Below are positions 26,460 through 35,213 of a stretch of 35,215 bases of DNA, one piece after another; positions within the stretch are counted from its first letter, which is position 1; each line of letters opens with the position of its first letter. The stretch covers positions 1-35,215 of the forward strand of contig JAQBQW010000025.1 in NCBI GenBank assembly GCA_028286805.1, given 5' to 3'. Source of the stretch: Parcubacteria group bacterium (GTDB lineage: Bacteria; Patescibacteriota; Minisyncoccia; Phycocordibacterales; Zambryskibacteraceae). A program made the position numbers and the translations under genes. The notes beneath the pieces were generated by a model. That model did no database searches. It was not told the DNA's origin and saw only the letters and a program-made list of their open reading frames with translations.

Positions 26460-26945
26460 TTAAGATTTCTTTGCTGCTATCTGTCCGAGCGCGATAGCGA
26501 AACGCTGTATTGGAGAATTGATGATATTCACGAACATTCCTCGAAGAACCGGCGTGGTTGGGATGGTGGCGATGCCTTCCATCTCAGATTTTGTCATATA
26601 TCTTCCTTCAAACATTCCTCCAAGGATCTTTAATCCTTCGGGGAATTTTTTCTGGAATCCATATACACCTCGAGCCGGAGCGATGAGGTCTTCAGACCAC
26701 GCAAGCGCGAGTTCTCCGGTGAGTTCAGGCTGTACACCTTCGAACTTATCACCGAGGATACGTTTGGTTAAAGATTTCTTGGCAACTGAATATGAAACTC
26801 CCTCATTCTTGAGAGATTTTCGCATTGCTGTAGCTTCGGAAACTTTAAGACCGTGGAAGTTGACGAAGACCAATGATTTCGCGTCTTTGAGAGCTGCACT
26901 GAGCTTATCTACAATTGCTTCCTTCTTGGCTTTGGATATTGCCAT
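26460..26945 (-). CDS. rplJ: 50S ribosomal protein uL10
   Basis: FVNFHGL, VAKKSL, LKILGG; followed by rplL. Confidence 0.97.
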   Translation of the reverse strand: MAISKAKKEAIVDKLSAALKDAKSLVFVNFHGLKVSEATAMRKSLKNEGVSYSVAKKSLTKRILGDKFEGVQPELTGELALAWSEDLIAPARGVYGFQKKFPEGLKILGGMFEGRYMTKSEMEGIATIPTTPVLRGMFVNIINSPIQRFAIALGQIAAKKS

Positions 26946-26970
26946 GCTGTTAATGGTTAACGAACAAAAT

Positions 26971-27065
26971 AGACCCGTATAAGGCCTCGACTTCCAATAT
27001 GTAAATGGAGTGAGAGAGATCTCGGGAGGACTTATGGATGCCTCCTGTCTTAGACCTTACGGGGG
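26971..27065 (-). promoter_or_regulatory. L10 leader (uL10/bL12 autoregulatory RNA)
   Basis: CTAAGACAGGAGG...CCTCCCGAG core typical of L10 leaders; closing stem CCCGTAAGGTC/GGCCTTATACGGG; promoter TTGCAT-16-TAAAGT just upstream. Confidence 0.85.
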
Positions 27066-27134
27066 TTACTTTACCTTAATTTGTGAAAAATGCAAATAAA
27101 AAAAGCCGGGCGCAATCTGCGCTCGACTCAACCT

Positions 27135-27449
27135 TCACTGTGTATACCCGAAGGTTCTTTTTACGAAGCTAACCTTGTCCGCCGTCGACACATTCTTCAA
27201 TCGAACGTGTGTTCGGACTTCGATCAGCCTATCTACCAGTCTTTCTCCTTCAAGACATCGATTCAGACCTTGTCGTACAGCCAGGTCGCAGATCTTGGGG
27301 GCCAGATACGGATTCTTTAGAAGTGCTTGTCTCGCCAACTTACTGAAAGTTGAGATTTTACACCTTGCCTCCAGTAAATGTAGGAGTTTGTATGCACTTC
27401 TTCTTTTCTTTGAATCTACTGGTCTCTGCAGGGTCTGAGCCGATGCCAT
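27135..27449 (-). CDS. Basic orphan protein (104 aa)
   Basis: ATG 27449 with SD GAGGTG; TTGACT-17-GAGTAT (27490-27518); terminator 27098-27128. Confidence 0.6.
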   Translation of the reverse strand: MASAQTLQRPVDSKKRRSAYKLLHLLEARCKISTFSKLARQALLKNPYLAPKICDLAVRQGLNRCLEGERLVDRLIEVRTHVRLKNVSTADKVSFVKRTFGYTQ

Positions 27450-27516
27450 CGAGCACACCTCGGTGAGAGTATGATCTATTCCTCAGACGATACTCTCACA
27501 AGAGAAACATGAAGTC

Positions 27517-27545
27517 AAAAAAGAATCCCACCTTGCGGCGGGATC
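27517..27545 (-). terminator. Terminator after rplB
   Basis: ATCCCGCC-GCAA-GGTGGGAT-TCTTTTTT. Confidence 0.85.
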
Positions 27546-27549
27546 TTCT

Positions 27550-28389
27550 TTATTTCTTTCCAACCTTTCGTCTTCGAACGATAAACTTGTTTGAGTATTT
27601 TTTGGATCGGCGAGATTTCTGTCCCTTTCCTGTAGGTTTTCCGTATACGGAGATTGCACGCTTGCGTCCTCGACCCTGTCGTCCTTCTCCTCCTCCGTAT
27701 GGGTGGTCCACTGGGTTCTGCGCAGTTCCTCGAACTGTTGGGCGAATACCGAGCCATCGGGAACGTCCGGCTTTACCGAGGTTTGTTAATCGGTTTTCAT
27801 CATTTGAAACTTCTCCGATAGATGCCCATGCATTTTCAGGAACCTTACGAACTTCGCTTGATGGCATCTTGATGTCCACGTATCCCGCATCTTTCGCAGA
27901 GACTTCGGCGTAGTTGCCTCCTGAACGAGCTATTTTAGCTCCTCCTTGGTACTTAAGTTCAATATTGTATACAAATGTACCAACGGGGATATTCTTCAAA
28001 GGAAGGCGGTTTCCTGGGGTAAGGGCGGCGTTTTCGGAAGCGATAAAGGTATCTCCAACCTGTGCGGATTTGTGGATCAAAATGTATCGTCTTTCTCCAT
28101 CTTTGTATGCCACGAGTCCGATGAAACCGGAACGGTTTGGATCGTATTCAACGGTTTTAATGGTAAAAGGAATGTTTAATTTATTGTATGTGAAATCGAT
28201 ATCTCGGAAGAGTCTCTTGTGTCCACCTCCTTTGTGTCGAGTGGTAATACGTCCGGTGTTGTTTCGTCCGTTTGCTCGGCGAAAACCACGGGTCAAAGAT
28301 TTGACGGGTTCGCTCGACGTGATGAATTTCTTGAATTCAACGTGAGAAGTCTGGCGGCTCGATGGCGATGTTGGTTTGTATCTTTTCAT
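27550..28389 (-). CDS. rplB: 50S ribosomal protein uL2
   Basis: GRNNTGRIT, EYDPNRS, NPVDHPYGGGEG. Confidence 0.99.
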   Translation of the reverse strand: MKRYKPTSPSSRQTSHVEFKKFITSSEPVKSLTRGFRRANGRNNTGRITTRHKGGGHKRLFRDIDFTYNKLNIPFTIKTVEYDPNRSGFIGLVAYKDGERRYILIHKSAQVGDTFIASENAALTPGNRLPLKNIPVGTFVYNIELKYQGGAKIARSGGNYAEVSAKDAGYVDIKMPSSEVRKVPENAWASIGEVSNDENRLTNLGKAGRSRWLGIRPTVRGTAQNPVDHPYGGGEGRQGRGRKRAISVYGKPTGKGQKSRRSKKYSNKFIVRRRKVGKK

Positions 28390-28394
28390 GACTA

Positions 28395-28685
28395 TTATAT
28401 GACGTCGATCGTGTCGCCTTTCTTAAGGTAAATGTATGCTTTCTTTCCACCTCCCTTCACTCCGGCTTTTCCTCGTCGGAATACTTTCTTTGTTGGGATA
28501 GCAAGGAGACGAACTCGAAGAGGAGTAACCTTGAATGCATCTCGGATTGAAGCTTTGACAGAATTTTCTGTAGCATTATCTGCAACTTCGAAAACGTAGA
28601 CGCCTCGTGCATTAGACTGCAACGCCGCCTTTTCGGTAACTCGAGGACGAACAAGTACTGTATCTCGTTTAAGGTTGTGTGTCAT
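28395..28685 (-). CDS. rplW: 50S ribosomal protein uL23
   Basis: RPRVTEKA, YVFEV, KKAYIYL. Confidence 0.98.
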   Translation of the reverse strand: MTHNLKRDTVLVRPRVTEKAALQSNARGVYVFEVADNATENSVKASIRDAFKVTPLRVRLLAIPTKKVFRRGKAGVKGGGKKAYIYLKKGDTIDVI

Positions 28686-28690
28686 GGCAG

Positions 28691-29413
28691 TTATTTTGTT
28701 CGTACTTTACCCGACTTCGATTTGTTAGTAACTGCAGTCTTTGCAGCACCGAATAAATTCTGTCCAGGCAATACTTTGAAAGATTCTTCTGGGTTTTCGA
28801 TGATCACAAACTTGTGCTGGAGAAGAGTAAGAGGATGAAGGTTTCGTGCTTCGAGTACTTCCATGTTTCCAAGGTTAGACATGGATCGTTCAACTGAAGT
28901 GTTTTTTGTTGAAAGGGCAACCACCGCTGCATTTTTCTTTTTCTTTGAGATCATTTCAAATCCTTTGATCGAAGCGAGGGTTCCGAATGCAGCAAGAGCT
29001 GATTTGGTTTTTGCTTCAGGGAATGCAATTGAGTCCACAAACAACACTTCTCCGTCTCGATATTTTCGGGAAAGGATGGTGAAGAAAGCTTTGGCTTTCA
29101 TCTTCTTTGAAACTTTGCGGTCAAAGTTCTTTTCGTTTCGTGGTCCGTGAGTTACTCCTCCTCCAACCCAGATAGGTGATCGTGAAGAACCGTGTCGTGC
29201 GCGTCCGGTTCCCTTCTGCTGCCAAGGCTTCTTTCCTCCTCCGCGAACGTCTGCACGGTTTTTAGTGTGTGCAACGGTTTTTCGTTTTGCAGACATGAGA
29301 GATGTCGCAACCTGATGCACCAAGTCTGAATTCCAAGGAAGTCCAAAGAGCTCGTCACGAAGAGTGACGTTTCCTGATTCCTTTCCTTTGATATCGTAGA
29401 CTTTTGCTTCCAT
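28691..29413 (-). CDS. rplD: 50S ribosomal protein uL4
   Basis: KPWQQKGTGRARHGS; true start ATG 29413 (MEAKVY). Confidence 0.98.
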   Translation of the reverse strand: MEAKVYDIKGKESGNVTLRDELFGLPWNSDLVHQVATSLMSAKRKTVAHTKNRADVRGGGKKPWQQKGTGRARHGSSRSPIWVGGGVTHGPRNEKNFDRKVSKKMKAKAFFTILSRKYRDGEVLFVDSIAFPEAKTKSALAAFGTLASIKGFEMISKKKKNAAVVALSTKNTSVERSMSNLGNMEVLEARNLHPLTLLQHKFVIIENPEESFKVLPGQNLFGAAKTAVTNKSKSGKVRTK

Positions 29414-29414
29414 G

Positions 29415-30032
29415 TTATTTTTGTTTGATTTCAACAAGAGTGCCTCGGCGTCCTGGAACTGCACCTCGAATCATAATTTCATTCGTTTCAGGAATAATCT
29501 TAATAATTCTTTGGTTGGTAACAGTAACACGATCCCCTCCCATTCGGCCAGCCATGCGCATACCCGCCATAACTCGACCTCCCGCTCGTCCGCCTCCTCC
29601 AATAGATCCGGGTTCACGTTCAGAGTGTTTCTGTCCGTGTGAACGACGTCCTCCTTTGAAACCGTGTCGCTTCACCACTCCTTGGAAACCTTTTCCTTTT
29701 GAAACGGCGGTAACGGTAACCATGTCCCCTTCAGAGAAGATAGAGGTGTCGAGAGTAGATCCAACTTCTGGAGTTGTATCTGCATCTTTTACTCGATATT
29801 CCTTGAGGTGAGCATGCTTCGCTCCTTTCATGTGACCCAAGAGGGCTTTAGAAATATTCTTTTCTTTCTTCGTACCGGCTGCCACTTGAACAGCTTTATA
29901 TCCGTCTCGTGCAGAGTCTCTGACCAAAGTAACGGTAACAGGAGCAGCCTGAAGGACCGTCACAGGAAAGGCTTTTCCTGCTTCATTGAAGACTTGGGTC
30001 ATATTTACTTTTTTGGCAAGAAGAAATTTCAT
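29415..30032 (-). CDS. rplC: 50S ribosomal protein uL3
   Basis: SKGKGFQGVVKRHGF, GMRMAGRMG, GAVPG. Confidence 0.99.
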   Translation of the reverse strand: MKFLLAKKVNMTQVFNEAGKAFPVTVLQAAPVTVTLVRDSARDGYKAVQVAAGTKKEKNISKALLGHMKGAKHAHLKEYRVKDADTTPEVGSTLDTSIFSEGDMVTVTAVSKGKGFQGVVKRHGFKGGRRSHGQKHSEREPGSIGGGGRAGGRVMAGMRMAGRMGGDRVTVTNQRIIKIIPETNEIMIRGAVPGRRGTLVEIKQK

Positions 30033-30047
30033 GTCTGTATCTGTCTC

Positions 30048-30413
30048 TTATACTAGCTTTACGTCAATGTTTACACCGGAAGGCAAACTAAGGTTTGTGA
30101 GAGATTCGATAATCTTTGGTGTGGGATTAACAATATCGATGAGTCTTTTGTGGATTCGCATTTCAAACTGTTCTCGCGCGTTTTTATATACGAATGCCGC
30201 TCGGTTCACCGTGTATTTCTTAATCTCCGTTGGCAAAGGAATCGGACCCTGAATTGTCGCATCGTAGCGAAGCGCAGTGTCGATAATCTGCTTAACCGAG
30301 ACATCGAGGATCTTAGACTCATAGGCACGAACACGGATGCGGAGCATTGAAGATTCTCCTTCTCCGGTCTTTGCTTTGGGGGTCTTTTTAGCTTTGGTCT
30401 CTGAAGGTGTCAT
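30048..30413 (-). CDS. rpsJ: 30S ribosomal protein uS10 with N-terminal extension
   Basis: [22 protein letters not shown]. Confidence 0.99.
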   Translation of the reverse strand: MTPSETKAKKTPKAKTGEGESSMLRIRVRAYESKILDVSVKQIIDTALRYDATIQGPIPLPTEIKKYTVNRAAFVYKNAREQFEMRIHKRLIDIVNPTPKIIESLTNLSLPSGVNIDVKLV

Positions 30414-30433
30414 TGTAAGGTGCTGAGGAAAAC

Positions 30434-31627
30434 TTAGGCGACGATCTTGGTCACAACTCCCGCTCCCACAGTCTTACCTCCTTCTCGGATGGTGAAGCGC
30501 TGCTGGTCTTCAATGGCAACTGGGGCTACCAATTTAACTTTGAAGGTAACGGTGTCTCCTGGCATAACCATTTCAACTCCTTCGGCCAAAGTAACTTCTC
30601 CGGTAACGTCAGTTGTACGAACGTAGAACTGAGGTTTGTATCCGGTGAAGAATGGAGTGTGGCGTCCGCCTTCTTCTTTCTTCAAGATGTAGACTTCTGC
30701 TGTGAATTCAGTGTGAGGAGTAACGGAACCTGGTTTTGCAAGCACCTGTCCTCGGTGGAGGTCTTCTTTCTTAACACCTCGGAGAAGGATTCCGGCGTTG
30801 TCTCCGGCTTGTCCCTGCTGAAGCTGCTTGTTGAACATTTCGATACCGGTGATAGTTGTCTTCGAAGTATCTTTGATACCGACGATTTCAACTTCTTCAC
30901 CAACCTTACAAACACCTCTTTCAATACGTCCGGTTACCACTGTTCCACGACCTTCGATAGAGAAGATATCTTCGATAGGCATGAGGAAAGGCTTGTCGAG
31001 TTCACGAACAGGCATTGGAATGTATGTGTCGAGAGCATCTGCAAGTTCAAGGATCTTCTTGGACCATTCGTCTTCGTTTGATGTAGCTTCGAGTGCCTTA
31101 AGAGCTGAACCTCGGATAACGGGAGCATTTTCTCCGTCGAAATCGTATTTCTTCAAAAGGTCGCGAACTTCTTCTTCAACGAGGTCGATGAGTTCAACAT
31201 CAGGAACCATGTCACATTTGTTCAAGAAAACGATGATTTTAGGCACTCCAACCTGCTTAGCAAGGAGAATGTGCTCACGAGTCTGAGGCATAACACCGTC
31301 AGTAGCGGCAACCACGAGGACTGCACCGTCCATCTGAGCTGCACCGGTAATCATGTTTTTGATGTAGTCGGCGTGTCCAGGGGCGTCGATGTGAGCGTAG
31401 TGACGTGCGTCAGTTTCGTATTCTGAGTGTGAAAGAGAAATCGTAATACCTCGAGCCTTTTCCTCAGGGCTCTTGTCGATATCGTTAACAGACTTAACAG
31501 TTGCCATCTTACCCGCGCGGTGAAGCACGTTAAGGATTGCGGCGGTGAGGGTGGTCTTACCGTGGTCAACGTGTCCGATGGTACCTACGTTGACGTGTGG
31601 CTTTGATCGATCAAATTCTGCGGCCAT
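30434..31627 (-). CDS. tuf: Elongation factor Tu
   Basis: [25 protein letters not shown]. Confidence 0.99.
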   Translation of the reverse strand: MAAEFDRSKPHVNVGTIGHVDHGKTTLTAAILNVLHRAGKMATVKSVNDIDKSPEEKARGITISLSHSEYETDARHYAHIDAPGHADYIKNMITGAAQMDGAVLVVAATDGVMPQTREHILLAKQVGVPKIIVFLNKCDMVPDVELIDLVEEEVRDLLKKYDFDGENAPVIRGSALKALEATSNEDEWSKKILELADALDTYIPMPVRELDKPFLMPIEDIFSIEGRGTVVTGRIERGVCKVGEEVEIVGIKDTSKTTITGIEMFNKQLQQGQAGDNAGILLRGVKKEDLHRGQVLAKPGSVTPHTEFTAEVYILKKEEGGRHTPFFTGYKPQFYVRTTDVTGEVTLAEGVEMVMPGDTVTFKVKLVAPVAIEDQQRFTIREGGKTVGAGVVTKIVA

Positions 31628-31836
31628 AATTTATGTAATAAGTAATGAGTAAATTTAAGTGAGTTCTGAAACGGAGGGAAAGCGCGAGAACACTGTTTCT
31701 CTTCGGTTCAGAAGCGAACAAACCGCTTAACAGAGCCTTTTTTATTCGGTCCAATAGAGAAAATCCCTCAAAGAGCCAAATCAAAACGACACGTAATGCG
31801 TAACGGCTATCTTAGCAAAGGGCTGGGAATAGTCAA
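31628..31836 (-). promoter_or_regulatory. tuf-S10 operon promoter and ~175-nt leader
   Basis: TTGACT(31831-31836)-16-TAAGAT(31809-31814); long imperfect hairpin 31664-31713. Confidence 0.6.
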
Positions 31837-31852
31837 GGCTCGTAAGGATAAT

Positions 31853-31879
31853 AAAAGACCCTCTTCCGAAGAAGGGGTC
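31853..31879 (-). terminator. Terminator after the orphan pair
   Basis: GACCCCTTC-TTCG-GAAGAGGGTC-TTTT. Confidence 0.8.
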
Positions 31880-31891
31880 GAGTTGTACCAA

Positions 31892-32164
31892 TTAGAGCGT
31901 CCAGCGAAGCTCTTGCTTGTCGAAAACTACACCCCGCAGGCACCTTACAATGCGCCATTCGATGCCCGCGCTCTTGAGAACCCGGTTTATGTGGTTCGTG
32001 TTGTTTCGTAAAGCCACACGCCGCCCCTGCCACACCTTCACGGAAATTCGATTGCCGTGATCGAGGCAGGAAATGATCTCGTCATGTCTCCTTTCGGGAA
32101 ACAGGCTTCGAATCCGATCGAGAGTTTCCCCTGTCGGATACTTCCCGTCTGAGATATCGCTCAT
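31892..32164 (-). CDS. Hypothetical 90-aa protein, possible OmpR-type winged-helix C-terminus
   Basis: ALRNNTNHINRVLKSAGIEWRIVRCLRG resembles a recognition helix plus wing; ATGA coupling to the upstream ORF. Confidence 0.55.
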   Translation of the reverse strand: MSDISDGKYPTGETLDRIRSLFPERRHDEIISCLDHGNRISVKVWQGRRVALRNNTNHINRVLKSAGIEWRIVRCLRGVVFDKQELRWTL

Positions 32165-32670
32165 TGAGACACGGAGTGAGAGGGTGGAACGTGAGATTGA
32201 ACGGATGCAGGTTCGTGGTTGAGTTTCTCAGCTTCCTCGAGAAGCTTTCTGAACTTGAGGTATGCGGCCCGAAGATTCCTTACTCGGGCGGAACTGCTCA
32301 TCTTCACCCATATCCAGAATGCATCCATCATTTGCTGGCGAATAGCAACCTTTGGACGGATGCGCGCGGTACGTTCCTTCATCAGCTCATGGAACGATTG
32401 TGAAGTGAGCACTATGCGTTGCTTCCGAAGAAGGTAAAGAAAAGACTGCGCAAGCTGTCTCTTCAACGACGCGAGGGAAACGAAATCTTCGGGTGACCGC
32501 AAATTCCTGCCTTCGAATCCTTCTGCAATTTTCTTTGCATTGAAGACAAAGTTAGGAATCTGGATCTCATCCAGAAGGATGACGTTGTCGATCTCGTCTT
32601 GCAGCCTTTTCAAAGCTACTTTTACCTCATTCGCGTGATACTGAGAAGGTGAACTCACATCTCCCTCCAT
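32161..32670 (-). CDS. Orphan helical hypothetical protein (169 aa)
   Basis: ORF fills the gap on the coding strand; TTGACT upstream; coupled to the next ORF. Confidence 0.6.
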   Translation of the reverse strand: MEGDVSSPSQYHANEVKVALKRLQDEIDNVILLDEIQIPNFVFNAKKIAEGFEGRNLRSPEDFVSLASLKRQLAQSFLYLLRKQRIVLTSQSFHELMKERTARIRPKVAIRQQMMDAFWIWVKMSSSARVRNLRAAYLKFRKLLEEAEKLNHEPASVQSHVPPSHSVSQ

Positions 32671-32737
32671 GCAACCAAGGTGATAAATCGTGTGCAGACC
32701 GGAGAGGATTATCTATTAAAACAGCCTTAAGTCAATA

Positions 32738-34456
32738 CTAGAGATCTTTAAATACAACTCCTCCGCCAGCCATGATTCTTTGTTTCAAGAATTCTTTCAC
32801 GGTCATGCCGAGTTCGTCACCTGTCGGTTTGAGAGAGTCGAGAGCAAGAGCGGGTTTAACAACATCTTCTGATGCGCCCGCATCGCTAATCTTATTCAGC
32901 ATTTCCTGGACGCTGGTGTGGTCCGCATCAATGGAGTTATACATTCCTTCGGGAATACCGAGCTGGTTGCTTAGTTCCAGAGAACCTATTTCATGCAAAG
33001 GAGCAATATGAGTATCAATACCCATATGTTCAGCCGTAGGCGACGATATGACAGGTTCGTGAGTGGTAATATCAGGTACACCCCCTACTTTTACATGCAC
33101 AGGATCCACATGAGGATGAAATGCGGGAGCTTCGTGTACCGGCATGGAAGAAATATTATTCAAATGCATAGGGTTGTGGCTTAGATCTGGAGTAGAAGCA
33201 ATGTCAGGATGTGAAAATTCTGGCACAGAAACATGTGCACTCGCGTGCGGAACTTCGATTGTTCCGGCCAGCTGATGGAATATCATTCCGGCAACTGCTG
33301 AACCTGCAGCACCAAGAACCGCTCCGTAGAGAGAAGATCTTGCAACTTTTTTCCAATTTATTTTAATCCCCGCTTCAGCTTCCAACTCTTTTTTAATTTT
33401 CTTAACATCTCCTGATACCATTTCGGCATATGCTTTTAGACGATCAGTTCTTTTTAGTGAGTTTAATTTTTCACGATCAAGAGCATCTGTAATCTTTATT
33501 TCTATTGCGTTTCGTAAGGCTACATCTCTTTCTTCGTTGGTTCGCTTTCGTTCGGCGTAATATGATTTACCGAATCCCATAATACCTCCGGTACCTGCTC
33601 CCAAAGCCAGCCCCGCACCTAAACCAAGGCTAGCCTGCAAGGCTTTTCTAACTGCGTAACTTGCTCCCATATTTGTTCCTGCTCCAACAAGAATGCTGGG
33701 TAAGGCAACTCCCATGATTTCAGTCTTAGCAGTTCGTGCCCATTCTTTTTTGAGCAATGCAAACATGTCTCTCTTTACTTCAGGGGTAGCGTCCGGAGGA
33801 GCAAGAAGTTCAACTGCGTTCGTCTGAGCCCGGGTTTCTTCTTCTGGAGATAACTCAGCAGATTCAGATCCTGCGCTATCAAGCAAGGCTTTGTGAACAA
33901 TATTTTCATCAAAAGCCCCAGGACTGGGGTTCTCTACAACCCCTCCTTTCGAAAACATCCCCGAGAATTTGCCTTTTATTTTAGACCATACACTTTCTTT
34001 TTTCTCCTTACTTTGTGATAAAGGTATGAGAGGTTCGGCGTACGGTTCATCGATCTCCTCCATACTTGGCGAGACAGGTATAAGAGTTGTAGGTCGTGGT
34101 CCATCGATTTTCTCAAGAAAAAGAATCCTTGCTTCACATCTGTCTATCTCAGCTCTTATTTCTTGTCTAATTTCAGTCTTAACAGAAATAAGAGAATCTT
34201 TTTCAGCTTCCTTTAAAAAGTTAACATATTCCCTTAAATCTCGTGGTGACACAGGACCCAATGCTATCTTGGCTCTTACATGGCGAATATAATTTTCCAC
34301 GGCCTCATCTTCTGAATGAGTCTCTGGTGCAACTTCGGTCTCTTGTGTCATTTCCACTTCCTTATCAGCAAGCACTTCCGGTTTAAGAGGTACTTCAACA
34401 TCACCTTTTATTTCTGGGTGTTCTGGATTTTGTTCTCCGAATTCAGGGGTTCTCAT
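32738..34456 (-). CDS. Large hypothetical membrane-associated protein (acidic N-terminus, Gly-zipper hydrophobic segments, His/Pro-rich region)
   Basis: 572-aa ORF; LGLGAGLALGAGTGGIMGFG and YGAVLGAAGSAVAG; TGGTATATT 8 nt before ATG. Confidence 0.8.
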   Translation of the reverse strand: MRTPEFGEQNPEHPEIKGDVEVPLKPEVLADKEVEMTQETEVAPETHSEDEAVENYIRHVRAKIALGPVSPRDLREYVNFLKEAEKDSLISVKTEIRQEIRAEIDRCEARILFLEKIDGPRPTTLIPVSPSMEEIDEPYAEPLIPLSQSKEKKESVWSKIKGKFSGMFSKGGVVENPSPGAFDENIVHKALLDSAGSESAELSPEEETRAQTNAVELLAPPDATPEVKRDMFALLKKEWARTAKTEIMGVALPSILVGAGTNMGASYAVRKALQASLGLGAGLALGAGTGGIMGFGKSYYAERKRTNEERDVALRNAIEIKITDALDREKLNSLKRTDRLKAYAEMVSGDVKKIKKELEAEAGIKINWKKVARSSLYGAVLGAAGSAVAGMIFHQLAGTIEVPHASAHVSVPEFSHPDIASTPDLSHNPMHLNNISSMPVHEAPAFHPHVDPVHVKVGGVPDITTHEPVISSPTAEHMGIDTHIAPLHEIGSLELSNQLGIPEGMYNSIDADHTSVQEMLNKISDAGASEDVVKPALALDSLKPTGDELGMTVKEFLKQRIMAGGGVVFKDL

Positions 34457-34481
34457 ATGTGACTAATATACCACACGAGGT

Positions 34482-34775
34482 TTAAGACATCACCTCTTTC
34501 ATCAGCTTGTATTCTTGACTGAGACGCATTTCAATAATTTCAGCAAGCCCTGGGACTCCAGCCGTCACGGCTGCAATACCTTCTTCGGGGTTTTCACTCT
34601 TTAAAGCTGCTTTAAATGCTTCGTATTGTTCGGGAGAAAGATGATCTAAGACGGTGGAGAGAATGACATCATCAAATCTCTTTTCCAGTGTGGCGAGCAC
34701 GTCTTCCCTTTCTTTTCCTTGGAGGTCTCCGAGGTTTAATTCTTTGAGTAATGCGTCTGTGTTTTGTGTGATCAT
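34482..34775 (-). CDS. Small acidic helical protein, DUF5663-like (CPR-type)
   Basis: LLKELNLGDL...EREDVL...LSPEQYEAF...VPGLAEII pattern recalled from that family; TATAAT 9 nt before ATG. Confidence 0.65.
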   Translation of the reverse strand: MITQNTDALLKELNLGDLQGKEREDVLATLEKRFDDVILSTVLDHLSPEQYEAFKAALKSENPEEGIAAVTAGVPGLAEIIEMRLSQEYKLMKEVMS

Positions 34776-34805
34776 GGTTATTTTATTATATCGCTGCTCC
34801 AGGTT

Positions 34806-35213
34806 TTACGCCATTTTATCTTTCTGAGTGACAAATTCTCTATATGCTTCAGATGCTCCCGGAAGGGTACTGATTACAAATGCAGCATCTTCTATTTCTG
34901 AACGTTCTTTTGTTGATGCTTCATATGACTCCCATGCTTCGAAAAGGTTTCCGAAAAGAGTTGAGTAATTGGGATTCTCACTTCTTAACTCATGTTCAAT
35001 AAAACCAATATCCATTTTAAATAGAAGCGGCATTGTTAAATCTCTTGATATCTTCATTCTCTTTTCTTCATCTGTCAGTTGAGCAATGCGTATTGGAGTA
35101 TTAGCTTCATCCAATTTTTTATTTAATGCTTTGGATGCTTCTGTTTCAACTAGCGGAGATTCTTCCTTTGTTTCAATCTTAGAAACAATATCTTCAACCA
35201 CAGGAGAAGCTTT
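34806..35213 (-). CDS. Hypothetical protein, C-terminal part (5' end outside window)
   Basis: Frame stays open to the window edge (...KASPVVEDIVSK...). Confidence 0.7.
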   Translation of the reverse strand, partial: KASPVVEDIVSKIETKEESPLVETEASKALNKKLDEANTPIRIAQLTDEEKRMKISRDLTMPLLFKMDIGFIEHELRSENPNYSTLFGNLFEAWESYEASTKERSEIEDAAFVISTLPGASEAYREFVTQKDKMA

